In this document: positions 47,457-47,719 of the stretch, in pieces
Numbering within the stretch: position 1 is the first letter of the stretch
How the letters are laid out: each line of letters begins with the position of its first letter
Source of the DNA: Candidatus Nanohalalkaliarchaeum halalkaliphilum
Lineage (GTDB): Archaea > Nanohalarchaeota > Nanosalinia > Nanosalinales > Nanohalalkaliarchaeaceae
NCBI GenBank assembly: GCA_022729315.1
Contig: JALDAF010000001.1
Span: forward strand, 1-47,719
Direction of reading: 5' to 3'
Length of the DNA stretch: 47,719 bases
Program-made: the position numbers and the translations under genes
Notes under the pieces: generated by a model
Told to the model about the DNA's origin: nothing
Seen by the model: the letters and a program-made list of their open reading frames with translations, nothing else
Databases searched by the model: none

Positions 47457-47719
47457 ATGAAACGAAACAAATCACTTGCGGTCCTTGCCGTTCTACTGAT
47501 CGTTGCCGGACTTTCACTCCCGGCAGCATCTTCAGATATGTTCGGTGACGACTGGAAGCAACATACTGCTCAAGCGAGCCAGCTCGCAAACTCAAACATT
47601 GCACAGGACACTAATCTAAACTCTGGAAGTGGAGATGTCTTTGCCAACCAGGAGGCTAACTCCAACATCCAGCAGGACGCGAACATCTTCGCCAAGGATA
47701 AGAAGGTGAAGGACAAGCC
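47457..47719 (+). CDS. Secreted Gln/Asn repeat protein, partial (runs off window end)
   Basis: Manual translation: MKRNKSLAVLAVLLIVAGLSLPAASSDMFGDDWKQHTAQASQLANSNIAQDTNLNSGSGDVFANQEANSNIQQDANIFAKDKKVKDK. Confidence 0.8.
   Translation, partial: MKRNKSLAVLAVLLIVAGLSLPAASSDMFGDDWKQHTAQASQLANSNIAQDTNLNSGSGDVFANQEANSNIQQDANIFAKDKKVKDK

Overview
Archaeal chromosomal segment with a strongly acidic proteome and roughly 55% GC. It is most consistent with an extremely halophilic DPANN archaeon (Nanohaloarchaeota-like); this is inferred from the style of the TFB and A-type ATPase sequences and was not checked by a database search. Recognisable genes: the start of an Mrp/Mnh Na+/H+ antiporter operon, a small histone-fold gene, two YihY proteins, a complete A1AO ATP synthase operon (H-I-K-E-C-F-A-x-B-D), UvrD, thioredoxin reductase and glutaredoxin, GH37 trehalase, a secreted SNase-LTD nuclease, tRNA-Glu(CTC), an AI-2E transporter, a DEAD-box helicase, MutY, a lone E1-alpha, Orc1/Cdc6, a kinase, PHP, pyruvate kinase, YchF, two tandem TFBs, a PRTase and a cluster of secreted low-complexity proteins. 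Most unusual signals: (1) secreted Gln-ladder repeat proteins resembling functional amyloids, two sharing an MFGDxW motif; (2) an unknown gene wedged between atpA and atpB, with a C2H2 zinc finger fused to AtpD and a four-hairpin spacer after atpK; (3) a pseudoknot or switch-like leader and possible non-AUG start for the second TFB; (4) two paralogous zinc-finger microproteins with the same triple 9-bp-repeat promoter architecture; (5) serial copies of the tRNA 3' end. No CRISPR array, rRNA, integrase or transposase was seen.
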